A stretch of DNA of 64,000 bases from Ignavibacteriota bacterium (GTDB lineage Bacteria; Bacteroidota; Ignavibacteria; UBA10030), in contig CAVSHO010000014.1 in the NCBI GenBank assembly GCA_963727825.1, forward strand, positions 32,001 through 96,000, in the 5' to 3' direction. The notes beneath the pieces were generated by a model that saw only the letters and a list, made by a program, of their open reading frames with translations, made no database searches and was not told the DNA's origin. How positions within the stretch are numbered: position 1 is the first letter of the stretch; each line of letters begins with the position of its first letter. Made by a program: the position numbers and the translations under genes. Shown here in pieces: positions 1 to 7,847 of this stretch.

Positions 1-175
1 TTGCCTCAGACAACAGAATTGCAAGTTCATCTTCTGGGGTTATGCTTGAGCCTGTACCGCGCTTAGAAAGTTCTATGATTCTTGTCCGAATTGATCGAAT
101 TGTGTTCAACTTAACGCTGTCGCCGGATTTCATTGCGGCTTTAAGATCATCGTTAATCTTTTCTGAGAGTGCCAT
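1..175 (-). CDS. GatB/YqeY domain protein (5' part; runs off the window start)
   Basis: Manual translation from ATG at 175: MALSEKINDDLKAAMKSGDSVKLNTIRSIRTRIIELSKRG..., a typical YqeY N-terminus; AAGGAT just upstream. Confidence 0.85.
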   Translation of the reverse strand, partial: MALSEKINDDLKAAMKSGDSVKLNTIRSIRTRIIELSKRGTGSSITPEDELAILLSEA

Positions 176-369
176 CCTTCTTACCTTTCATTAATAGGTA
201 ATTAAAGATATTTCGTTTTTTCTATGTTCGTGAGAAATATTGACGAATTACGTGTCTTAATTTACCTATATAGAAAAATACAAAATAAATGGCTTATCTG
301 CCAATGATGTGTATCAACATCCGTTTACTATGTAGCCATACCTCTCTTTAAGAAGAATACGATCTCTTT

Positions 370-555
370 TCATTGTTCTGCAAACTTCTTGATCGCATCA
401 AAATATTTCACAATAGCTTTCGCCTTGTTTTTTCCAAATGACATCCAATGCCACGTTGTATCCGGATTTGGTTCATCAACTGTGGGAATTCGTAAAATCG
501 GTTTTCCTTTGTAATCACTCAGGATAGGCTGCGCTTCGTTCTTTTCTTCTTCCAT
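370..555 (-). CDS. Small conserved hypothetical protein (61 aa)
   Basis: GAGAGGA RBS; YKGKPIL...SFGKNKAKAIVKYFDAIKKF resembles a family of small uncharacterised proteins (from memory, not searched). Confidence 0.7.
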   Translation of the reverse strand: MEEEKNEAQPILSDYKGKPILRIPTVDEPNPDTTWHWMSFGKNKAKAIVKYFDAIKKFAEQ

Positions 556-575
556 AAATTCCTCTCTTTTTTCGA

Positions 576-599
576 TTTACCCGTCCCCCTTGCATCGGG
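576..599 (+). repeat. 24-nt YTTR-hairpin module (degenerate copy)
   Basis: ttta-cccgtc-ccccttgc-atcggg; same layout as 27240-27263; lies within a ttcg..acaaactc remnant. Confidence 0.5.
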
Positions 600-723
600 A
601 CAAACTCCAACAGGTATCATAATTTATCCACAATAGGATTTTTCGTTGTCATGGGAATAATTATCCATGTAACATTTTTCCCTCTATATATTTATATTAT
701 TTTTCTCTGGACAAGATACTCCT

Positions 724-957
724 CTATTTGATGATCTGCTCAGCTTTTTTCACCGCTTTTTGAATTGGCTCGATAGTCGAAGTGACTGACTTACCTGTAT
801 AGTAAATATATGCCAGAAATGCGATCAGTATGATAAAAGCATATATGAATAATTTTATAGCCTTTTTTATAACAAAAATTACTATAACAATTAATATACA
901 TGCCGCAATAATCGTGTAATATTTATTTGATAAAATAATATGGACAAAATCACCCAT
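724..957 (-). CDS. Small membrane protein (two hydrophobic segments)
   Basis: AGGAG RBS, 77 aa, Ile-rich hydrophobic stretches. Confidence 0.7.
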   Translation of the reverse strand: MGDFVHIILSNKYYTIIAACILIVIVIFVIKKAIKLFIYAFIILIAFLAYIYYTGKSVTSTIEPIQKAVKKAEQIIK

Positions 958-974
958 ATCTTTACTCCTGTTAC

Positions 975-1098
975 TAGAACCTATCTCATAAATGATTTGA
1001 AGTCACATTGAGCTTTTCGAAATGTGACTAAACACTTTACGACCAGACTTCGACAAGCTCAGTCTGACTGTTACAATATATTTTTGAGATGACTTCTA
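975..1098. mobile_element. MITE-like element (shell Y, copy 1) carrying a GTCA-type REP doublet
   Basis: Imperfect terminal inverted repeats TAGAACCTATCTCATAAAT / rc TAGAAGTCATCTCAAAAAT; internal gtcacattgagcttttcgaaatgtgac and cttcgacaagctcagtctgac; inverted homologue at 2155-2322. Confidence 0.65.
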
Positions 1099-1143
1099 AA
1101 AATAAATATATCTGCAGCCTAGATTGCAAACCTCTTCAGAGAT

Positions 1144-1365
1144 TTATTTCTTTATGCTTTCAAGATACAGCTTTTCCACTTTTATGCGTGCCCAGGGAGT
1201 CTTACGCAAAAATTTCAGGCTCGATTGGATACTTGGATTGTCATTGAAGCATTTGATTTTAATCCTTGCTCCCATTTGTTCCCACCCATAATGATCTTCC
1301 AAATGATGCAAGATTGTTTCCAATGTCTTTCCATGCAGTGGATTATTTAGTTGTTCTGATTTCAT
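1144..1365 (-). CDS. VF530/DUF2132 family putative DNA-binding protein
   Basis: [10 protein letters not shown]...YGWEQM...[31 protein letters not shown] signature. Confidence 0.9.
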   Translation of the reverse strand: MKSEQLNNPLHGKTLETILHHLEDHYGWEQMGARIKIKCFNDNPSIQSSLKFLRKTPWARIKVEKLYLESIKK

Positions 1366-1413
1366 ACATCGCCAGCATTTTCTAATTATTCATTTATGTG
1401 CGTTCACCGTTTG

Positions 1414-1516
1414 CTCGCCCACCATGTTATGTGGAAGGCCTGGATAGATGAAGCCGGCTTGTTGAATTGCACGCATCTCTTCCCAACTGCATTTATCCGC
1501 TGATCTTCACGTCGGA
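1414..1516 (+). repeat. Two 25-nt YTTR-hairpin modules (1414-1438, 1492-1516)
   Basis: ctcg-cccacc-atgttatgt-ggaagg and ttta-tccgct-gatcttcac-gtcgga align with 27343-27367 and 27240-27263. Confidence 0.55.
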
Positions 1517-1564
1517 TCTCCATCGGAAATGCAGAAAAGATGAAATAAAAAAAATACAAAGTTG

Positions 1565-1873
1565 TTAGTATTTAGAACGGTTTCCTCCGCCGTTGTTGCC
1601 GCCGCGTCCTCGGTTGTTAGACTTACGGTCGGCCATCGGACGAGCTTCATTCACCACAATTTTGCGTCCCTTCACTTCTTTATCATTCAATCCGGCAATA
1701 GCCGCCTCTGCTTCCGTTTTTATCGGCATCTCCACAAATCCGAACCCCTTTAATGTTCCAGTAAATTTGTCTTTTATGAGAGCTACAGAATCAACTGCCC
1801 CAAATACCGCAAATTCCTGTTTCACTTCGTCTTCCGAAATATCGCGTGATAGATTACCAACATACATCTTCAT
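1565..1873 (-). CDS. RRM (RNP-1) RNA-binding protein with Gly/Arg-rich tail
   Basis: RNP2 MYVGNL and RNP1 KGFGFVEM motifs; VVNEARP; AAGGAG RBS. Confidence 0.95.
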   Translation of the reverse strand: MKMYVGNLSRDISEDEVKQEFAVFGAVDSVALIKDKFTGTLKGFGFVEMPIKTEAEAAIAGLNDKEVKGRKIVVNEARPMADRKSNNRGRGGNNGGGNRSKY

Positions 1874-2064
1874 GATGTTTCTCCTTTGAGCAATTTGTTA
1901 TTATACCTGTTGTTTGATTCGTTTATACAAATGATTTTCTCTAGAGGTGTTATCTTAAGTTTTTATGTGGCAGGGACTATTGAATATTTACTAAGCATTT
2001 GGTGTATCTCTACATACAGATTACTATATATTTTTATCACTTCCAACTCCATAGAGATTTGATG

Positions 2065-2114
2065 CCCGCCCAATAAGAAGACGGGCAAACCTGCCAAATA
2101 TAACGGCGAACAAG
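2065..2114 (-). repeat. Head-to-tail tandem of two 25-nt YTTR-hairpin modules
   Basis: rc tttg-cccgtc-ttcttattg-ggcggg (2065-2089) and cttg-ttcgcc-gttatattt-ggcagg (2090-2114). Confidence 0.65.
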
Positions 2115-2154
2115 CATCTTACAAAATAAAAGAGCTATAATACGTCACTATGAT

Positions 2155-2322
2155 TAGAAGTTATCTTAAAAATACCGTTCGCTGTCAGACTGAGCTTGCC
2201 AACCCGCTGAGGGTATGTAGGCGGTTCTAAGTCTTATCCGTGGCATATTCTGTCACCCTTTGTGCTTCGAATTTGCCAGTATGACTCAGAGTGACTTGAA
2301 ATCATTTTTAAGATGGCTTATA
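2155..2322. mobile_element. MITE-like element (shell Y, copy 2, inverted) with nested hairpin insertions
   Basis: Left end TAGAAGTTATCTTAAAAATA matches rc of copy-1 right end at 18/20; right end rc TATAAGCCATCTTAAAAATGATTTCAAGTCAC matches copy-1 left end; internal gtcagactgagcttg is rc of the copy-1 REP. Confidence 0.65.
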
Positions 2323-2325
2323 GTC

Positions 2326-3639
2326 TTAATCGAATATATGTCCTTTTCTAAATTGACGTACGCTGACCATATTAAGCAATGCGCCAATACCAAATAAAAT
2401 TGCAAGATGCGGTAGGATGGATATAAATCCTACGCCTCTCCACAATACTTCTAAAAAACCTTCCATCGCCCAGTAAACAACTGTCAGCTTGCTAAAGAAT
2501 TGGATTGTTGAGGGCATAAATGAAGTTGGAAACCATGCCCCACCAATCGCGCTCATGCTCAATATCAATAACGTTCCTAATCCATTTGCCTGCTGGCGGG
2601 TTTGGGAAAACGCAGCAATCAGCATCCCAAGCGCCGTGCACGCTACTGATGCAGCGATTACTACCATCATCAGATTTAAAAAATTTGAGAATATATCCAC
2701 TTGGAACATCAACCACCCAAAAATGAACATGAAAAGCAATTGAATAATTCCTAGCGACATATTGAAAATATATTTATTCCAGAGAATGTGTGTCCGCGAA
2801 ACCGGAGAGGTCAGCATTCGCATAAGTACTCCAGATTTCCGCTCATCAAACAACGATGATGACGTAGCTGTCAATGTGAACATAAGGAACATAATGCCCC
2901 ACCCGCCTACACTCCGCGTTGCCCATTGATTCTTCATCTCTTTACCAACAAGCTGTTGGTTTTCAATACGGACGATATTATCAAGGAAACTTGCATTGCC
3001 CCTTGTGGAATCATTACCTGCGATCTTAAAATCAGAAAGTTTGGGATGCAAAATAACATTGGTATCGACTTTGAAATATTTATGAATAAGAGAAGCCATA
3101 TTGCGATTGAATGCACTTCCGGGTTTGATTCCTAAATATCTCTCGGCTTGCCGTAGACCGCTTTGCGCCATGACCGAAGGAAATTGACTAAATACAACCT
3201 GCTGGATTAATCCCCGCACGGTTTGCATCTCCATATCATTCTTCGGGTCAAAATAAAATTTGACATAGAGTCCAACTGAAGTATCTGCATAAGTATCAGG
3301 CGGAAGAACGAGCGCAGCGGCTGCTTTACCGGTGCGGACATATTCTTGAATTGAAAGCGTATCGAATACAACTGTCTTTCCGGAATCCGTCTTAAAAGAT
3401 TTAATCACATAGAATGCTTTTATCGTATCAAGTGAAGATTCTATACTTTTCGCTACGGGAGACGTGCTTTGATTCAACACTGCAAGCCGTATTCCCTGTG
3501 GACCCGAACCCGATCCGCCAAAAACTGCTCCGAAAATAGTCATTAGAATCATCGGCACAATAAAGGTCAATGCAATGGAACCTTTGTCTTTCCAGAAGAT
3601 CCGGTATGAGGTTTTGAATAACCAATAGACCTGTTTCAA
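2326..3639 (-). CDS. ABC-2 type exporter permease
   Basis: N-terminal TM, large extracytoplasmic loop, ERKSGVLMRMLTSP motif, six C-terminal TMs with GGAWFP; TTG start overlaps the ATPase stop. Confidence 0.9.
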   Translation of the reverse strand: MKQVYWLFKTSYRIFWKDKGSIALTFIVPMILMTIFGAVFGGSGSGPQGIRLAVLNQSTSPVAKSIESSLDTIKAFYVIKSFKTDSGKTVVFDTLSIQEYVRTGKAAAALVLPPDTYADTSVGLYVKFYFDPKNDMEMQTVRGLIQQVVFSQFPSVMAQSGLRQAERYLGIKPGSAFNRNMASLIHKYFKVDTNVILHPKLSDFKIAGNDSTRGNASFLDNIVRIENQQLVGKEMKNQWATRSVGGWGIMFLMFTLTATSSSLFDERKSGVLMRMLTSPVSRTHILWNKYIFNMSLGIIQLLFMFIFGWLMFQVDIFSNFLNLMMVVIAASVACTALGMLIAAFSQTRQQANGLGTLLILSMSAIGGAWFPTSFMPSTIQFFSKLTVVYWAMEGFLEVLWRGVGFISILPHLAILFGIGALLNMVSVRQFRKGHIFD

Positions 3640-4553
3640 TCTCGCAACCTCCTTCCAGTCAGCTGGAGGAATAATGCCTCCAATGTTGGACGCTGCAACT
3701 CAACCCAGGAATATTTTATTCCTTGTTTTTCTATATCTGCAAAAAATTTTGATAGCAGAAATCCCTTAGCCGGTTTCAGCTCGTAATGGTCGTCTTCTTC
3801 AAGTAGTGATCCGAATTTCTCAAACGTTGCCTGGTTATTTACGGTTGCTGGATTCTTGATGATTGCGATAGTTTCTTCGTAAGCGAGCTTTTCCAAAAGT
3901 TTGTTTATAGTGCCTAATGCAATGATTTTGCCATGATCAATAATACCGATACGGCTACAAAGACGTTCAGCTTCTTCCATATAATGTGTTGTGTATATGA
4001 TCGTTTTTCCATGTTTATTAAGGGAAGTTAGGAAGTCAAAAATTGCATTACGTGATTGAGGATCTACGCCGACAGTTGGTTCATCGCATAGTAATACTTT
4101 CGGATCGTGCAATAAGCTTGCGATCATATTGAGCCGCCGTTTCATGCCGCCTGAAAAGGTTTTAACTTTATCTTTGCGCCTTTCGTACAACTCAACGGCA
4201 TTGAGCTGCTCCTCGATACGCTCCTTTAAAAGCTTTCGTTGGACATCAAACAACTGCCCGAATACTTCTAAGTTTTCCTGTGCCGTAAGTTCATCATATA
4301 ATGCGATGGATTGAGGAACAAATCCGATTTTTTTTCGAATCTCTAAAGTATCCTGAGTCACGTTATCGCCATCGATTGTGATTGTGCCGCCGTCGGGATT
4401 GAAATAGCCGACCAGCAAGTTCATTAGTGTGGTCTTACCCGCCCCATTGGGCCCTAACAGGCCAAAGAACTCCTGCTGCTGCACTTCTAATGTGACGGCA
4501 TCAAGAGCCGTGACTTTCGGGTATTTTTTTGTGATTTGCTGGATTTTGATCAT
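3636..4553 (-). CDS. ABC exporter ATP-binding protein (DrrA/LnrL-like)
   Basis: Walker A GPNGAGKTT, signature FSGGMKRR, Walker B LLCDEPT, H-loop TTHYMEEAE. Confidence 0.95.
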   Translation of the reverse strand: MIKIQQITKKYPKVTALDAVTLEVQQQEFFGLLGPNGAGKTTLMNLLVGYFNPDGGTITIDGDNVTQDTLEIRKKIGFVPQSIALYDELTAQENLEVFGQLFDVQRKLLKERIEEQLNAVELYERRKDKVKTFSGGMKRRLNMIASLLHDPKVLLCDEPTVGVDPQSRNAIFDFLTSLNKHGKTIIYTTHYMEEAERLCSRIGIIDHGKIIALGTINKLLEKLAYEETIAIIKNPATVNNQATFEKFGSLLEEDDHYELKPAKGFLLSKFFADIEKQGIKYSWVELQRPTLEALFLQLTGRRLRD

Positions 4554-4600
4554 AATTTCGCCGCTGCTTTCCTTCTCCAGTATAGGTTTCTAAATGAGGG

Positions 4601-4750
4601 AATAAAGCATCCCCGCAGCAAGCTGCGGGGTATTTACTGCGTCACCCTGAACTTGTTTCAGGGTCTACAGTTTAGATGCCGAAACAAGTTCGGCATGACA
4701 ATCTATAATTAGACGCAATCGTCGGGGTATTAAACCCAATAGAGAATAAA
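4601..4750 (+). mobile_element. Non-autonomous palindromic element (shell Z, copy 1) enclosing a GTCA-REP doublet
   Basis: aataaa...ccccgcagcaagctgcggggtattt [gtcaccctgaacttgtttcagggtct...agatgccgaaacaagttcggcatgac] cgtcggggtattaaaccc...aataaa; the same ends recur inverted at 14512-14651. Confidence 0.65.
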
Positions 4751-4953
4751 CATACAGATTAGTTTACGCAATATTCTCAGAAAAGATATAGTGAAACATC
4801 CAAAATGTTCAATTTCAAATATATTATAAATCTGAAATATAACATGGCCCTGAGTTAGTAACTGACAAGTAATAATGGCCATAAGATTGATTGGATTAAG
4901 GTATTTCTAGTACTAATTACTTTTGAATTGAATGAGATTCGTCTTCTCTATTG

Positions 4954-7104
4954 TCACCTATTAATCCAGTTATAGGCATCTATTGAATCGAAAGATTGAA
5001 GCGATCCTCCATCTACAGATTTAATAGTACCCGAGATATATCCTATTTTACCTAAATCATCACTGGAATAATACATTAAATCTAATCTTATGAGAATTGT
5101 TGTATTGTCATTTGGTTTTAATGATAGAGTTGTCTTGGCCGCAAGAGTAAGTTGGTTACGTGTTAAAACAAATGCCGCTTGCTCCGAAGACGGGTCTTGC
5201 ATCTGTTTATTAAATGTCAATTCGATATGTTTTGCATCCGGTGTTATAATAGCCGATAAACATATCGGCGACGACCCTTTTGGAGAATCCGCTAAGGTAT
5301 CAATTCCAAATCCGTATGCATAGAGAGGAGAATAATTAGCATCGCCAAAATTGATCGGGATCTGTGACATACTCTTCGGCCATGTATGTGATAATTTCCC
5401 CTTTGGCTGATAATCGCCAAATAGAACCTCAGCAACACCATCACCTTCCGTTCCGGGCAGCCAAGCTGCAACAATTACATCTGAAAAGTGCAATATTTTT
5501 CCTAGAACAAGAGGTCTGCCTGAAACAATGACGACAACAACGGGAGCACCATAGCTTTTCATCTTTTTCACTAAGTCCACATCGGCTTGGGAGATACTCA
5601 GGTCTTTCCTATCTCCGTAACCTTCTGCATATGGCATTTCACCAATCACGACAATAGAATAGTCGGCTAAAGTATTCGTAAATGTACCGGTTATTGAATA
5701 ATCTATCGTTGCATTTGCAGCAGTGTTCTTAATACCCTGAAGAATTGTAGTTCCTGTAGTAAGACTATCGCCGCTTTTTCCCTGCCAGTCAATTGTCCAG
5801 CCTCCGCACTGATTTCCGAGATTAGCTGCATTAGAACCTGCAACCAGGATTCGTGCATTTGTTTTTCGAAGCGGCAGAATACCATCTTTCTTCTTCAATA
5901 ATACGATTGATTCACGAACACACTGACGTGCAACCGATCGATGTGCAGTACACCCTACAAGCGGTAATAGTGATCGATCAGTATAAGGCCTTTCGAACAA
6001 ACCGAGCTTGAATTTGATGGAAAGAATTCTTTTAACAGCATCATCAACACGGGCAGTATCAATTTTGCCTTTGCTGATAAGACTTTTCATGGAATTATAA
6101 AAATCGAGATATCGATTTGGCAGCATGACCATATCGATTCCTGCATTGATCGATTGTTCAACACAATTGGTATAATTGGATGATAACTGATCGATACCAG
6201 CCCAATCTGAGACAACGAATCCTTTAAACCCTAACTCATTTTTTAGAACATCTGTAATCCAATATTTGCTTCCATGCATCTTCAACCCATTGATACTGCT
6301 GTACGATACCATAATACTTCCTACACCCGAATCAATAGCTGAAATATATCCCGGCAGAAAGAGTTTTCTTATGGTGGCAGTATCTCCTTGAGTATCTCCT
6401 TGATCTTTTCCTCCGGTGGTTCCCCCATCTCCAAGATAGTGTTTCGCGCAGGCAAGAATACTTGTTGGGTTCGATAAGGAATCTCCCTGGAATCCTCGTA
6501 TTTCCGATGAGCCGAAAAGCTGAGCCAATTCCGGAGTTTCGCCAAATCCTTCATACGTTCTGCCCCATCGCTCATCTCGTGGAACAGCTATACACGGGCC
6601 AAATGTCCAATCTATGCCTGTTGCGGCAACCTCTATTGCAGTAATTCGCGCTGCTTCTTTAGCCAATTGCGGATTTCTTGTGCATCCCATTCCAATGTTA
6701 TGGGGAAAGATCGTTGCACCGGTAACATTATTATGTCCATGCACAGCGTCAATTCCGTAGATTATCGGAATTTTTAATCGCGTTTTTAGTGCATAGCTTT
6801 GCATTTCATCATAGGTATTAGCCCAACTCAGTGCCGAGTTTCCTGTGCTCGGGTCACTTCCGCCGCCGCTGAGTACCGAACCAATAAAATATTTAGTAAG
6901 ATCCGATGGATAATTTTGAGCTTTCCCAAGATCGACTTGCATCATTTGCCCGATTTTTTCGTCGAGCGTCATTCGGCTGATCAAATCTGCCACACGTTGA
7001 TCAACTGATAAAGTAGAGTCTTGATAAGGAAATGTTTGTGATGATAAAAATGGAGCGAAAGAGAACATTAGAAATACCGTCAAGGTGAAGTATTTATTTT
7101 TCAT
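4954..7104 (-). CDS. Secreted GH3 beta-glucosidase / glucan exohydrolase with C-terminal beta-sandwich extension
   Basis: Signal peptide; DAVHG, RDERWGRTYEG, KHYLGDGG, GFVVSDW nucleophile motif, PYAEG acid/base region, AWLPGTEG. Confidence 0.93.
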   Translation of the reverse strand: MKNKYFTLTVFLMFSFAPFLSSQTFPYQDSTLSVDQRVADLISRMTLDEKIGQMMQVDLGKAQNYPSDLTKYFIGSVLSGGGSDPSTGNSALSWANTYDEMQSYALKTRLKIPIIYGIDAVHGHNNVTGATIFPHNIGMGCTRNPQLAKEAARITAIEVAATGIDWTFGPCIAVPRDERWGRTYEGFGETPELAQLFGSSEIRGFQGDSLSNPTSILACAKHYLGDGGTTGGKDQGDTQGDTATIRKLFLPGYISAIDSGVGSIMVSYSSINGLKMHGSKYWITDVLKNELGFKGFVVSDWAGIDQLSSNYTNCVEQSINAGIDMVMLPNRYLDFYNSMKSLISKGKIDTARVDDAVKRILSIKFKLGLFERPYTDRSLLPLVGCTAHRSVARQCVRESIVLLKKKDGILPLRKTNARILVAGSNAANLGNQCGGWTIDWQGKSGDSLTTGTTILQGIKNTAANATIDYSITGTFTNTLADYSIVVIGEMPYAEGYGDRKDLSISQADVDLVKKMKSYGAPVVVVIVSGRPLVLGKILHFSDVIVAAWLPGTEGDGVAEVLFGDYQPKGKLSHTWPKSMSQIPINFGDANYSPLYAYGFGIDTLADSPKGSSPICLSAIITPDAKHIELTFNKQMQDPSSEQAAFVLTRNQLTLAAKTTLSLKPNDNTTILIRLDLMYYSSDDLGKIGYISGTIKSVDGGSLQSFDSIDAYNWINR

Positions 7105-7204
7105 ATAATAATCTCACTAATATAAGCACAACTGATCGAATCATAAAGTTAATGTAATAACGAAGAATAATAATATTTAATATGCAATCTCGATTCTCAT
7201 ATTT

Positions 7205-7270
7205 GTCATGCCCACGTAAGCGATTATTTTACATCATTTATATTAAGATTTCCTCTTTCGAGGGAATGAC
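7205..7270. repeat. Degenerate GTCA-type REP doublet (gtcatgccc...gggaatgac family)
   Basis: gtcatgcccacgtaagcg ... gatttcctctttcgagggaatgac; homologous to 12729-12824 and 14551-14608. Confidence 0.6.
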
Positions 7271-7295
7271 TTTACGTGCAATTGTTTTTGCTTTT

Positions 7296-7323
7296 GTAGG
7301 GACGAATAATTATACGTCCATAC
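7296..7323 (+). repeat. GTAG-type REP
   Basis: gtagggacg-aataattata-cgtccatac palindrome; near-identical inverted copy at 7820-7847. Confidence 0.75.
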
Positions 7324-7338
7324 GAGGATTACTGCATC

Positions 7339-7722
7339 TCATTTAATTTTCACTAGCAGTGTCTTAATGTGCTTTGGGAAGCGTCCATTTTCCTTTTCCT
7401 GCTTGATAAGCTCGACCATCGATTTATCTGTAAATGCAAACACGATTTCCTGCGGTTTTTCACTGAGAGAACCCGCCCAAAAAGCATCCTTACGGATCTT
7501 TGCAAGCTCATCTGCGTCGGGTTTTCCGTCCGCTGTCTTGCTTGGGCTTGTTGAAATAAAACAGACAATCATTCCGTCTTCAGAGACAGCGTCACATTCA
7601 AATTCTCCGCCGGATTGTACGCCTAATTTGCGTTTTGCAAAAGCCTGCGCATACTTTTTGGGTAGGAATTCGTTCCGTATCCAATTTTCAACATCTCTTG
7701 TTGCTATAGTTGAATCTGCCAT
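7339..7722 (-). CDS. Hypothetical protein, possibly a degenerate PD-(D/E)XK nuclease fold
   Basis: GGAG RBS; VE..IR helix, then FECDAVSEDGMIVCFISTS where an E-x-K would be expected. Confidence 0.65.
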   Translation of the reverse strand: MADSTIATRDVENWIRNEFLPKKYAQAFAKRKLGVQSGGEFECDAVSEDGMIVCFISTSPSKTADGKPDADELAKIRKDAFWAGSLSEKPQEIVFAFTDKSMVELIKQEKENGRFPKHIKTLLVKIK

Positions 7723-7770
7723 TTTTTTATCATTTACTCCACAATCTTTATCTTTTCCCCTTTGTTTATT

Positions 7771-7796
7771 GTCATACCCTTGTCAGTGGGTATGAC
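7771..7796. repeat. GTCA-footed hairpin
   Basis: gtcataccc-ttgtcagt-gggtatgac, perfect 9-bp stem. Confidence 0.6.
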
Positions 7797-7819
7797 AATA
7801 TATGAAATGATTTTGCTTT

Positions 7820-7847
7820 ATAGAGACGTATAATTATACGTCTCTAC
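7820..7847 (-). repeat. GTAG-type REP overlapping the R-M stop codon
   Basis: rc gtagagacgtataattatacgtctctat; the TAG of GTAG is the stop at 7844-7846. Confidence 0.75.
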
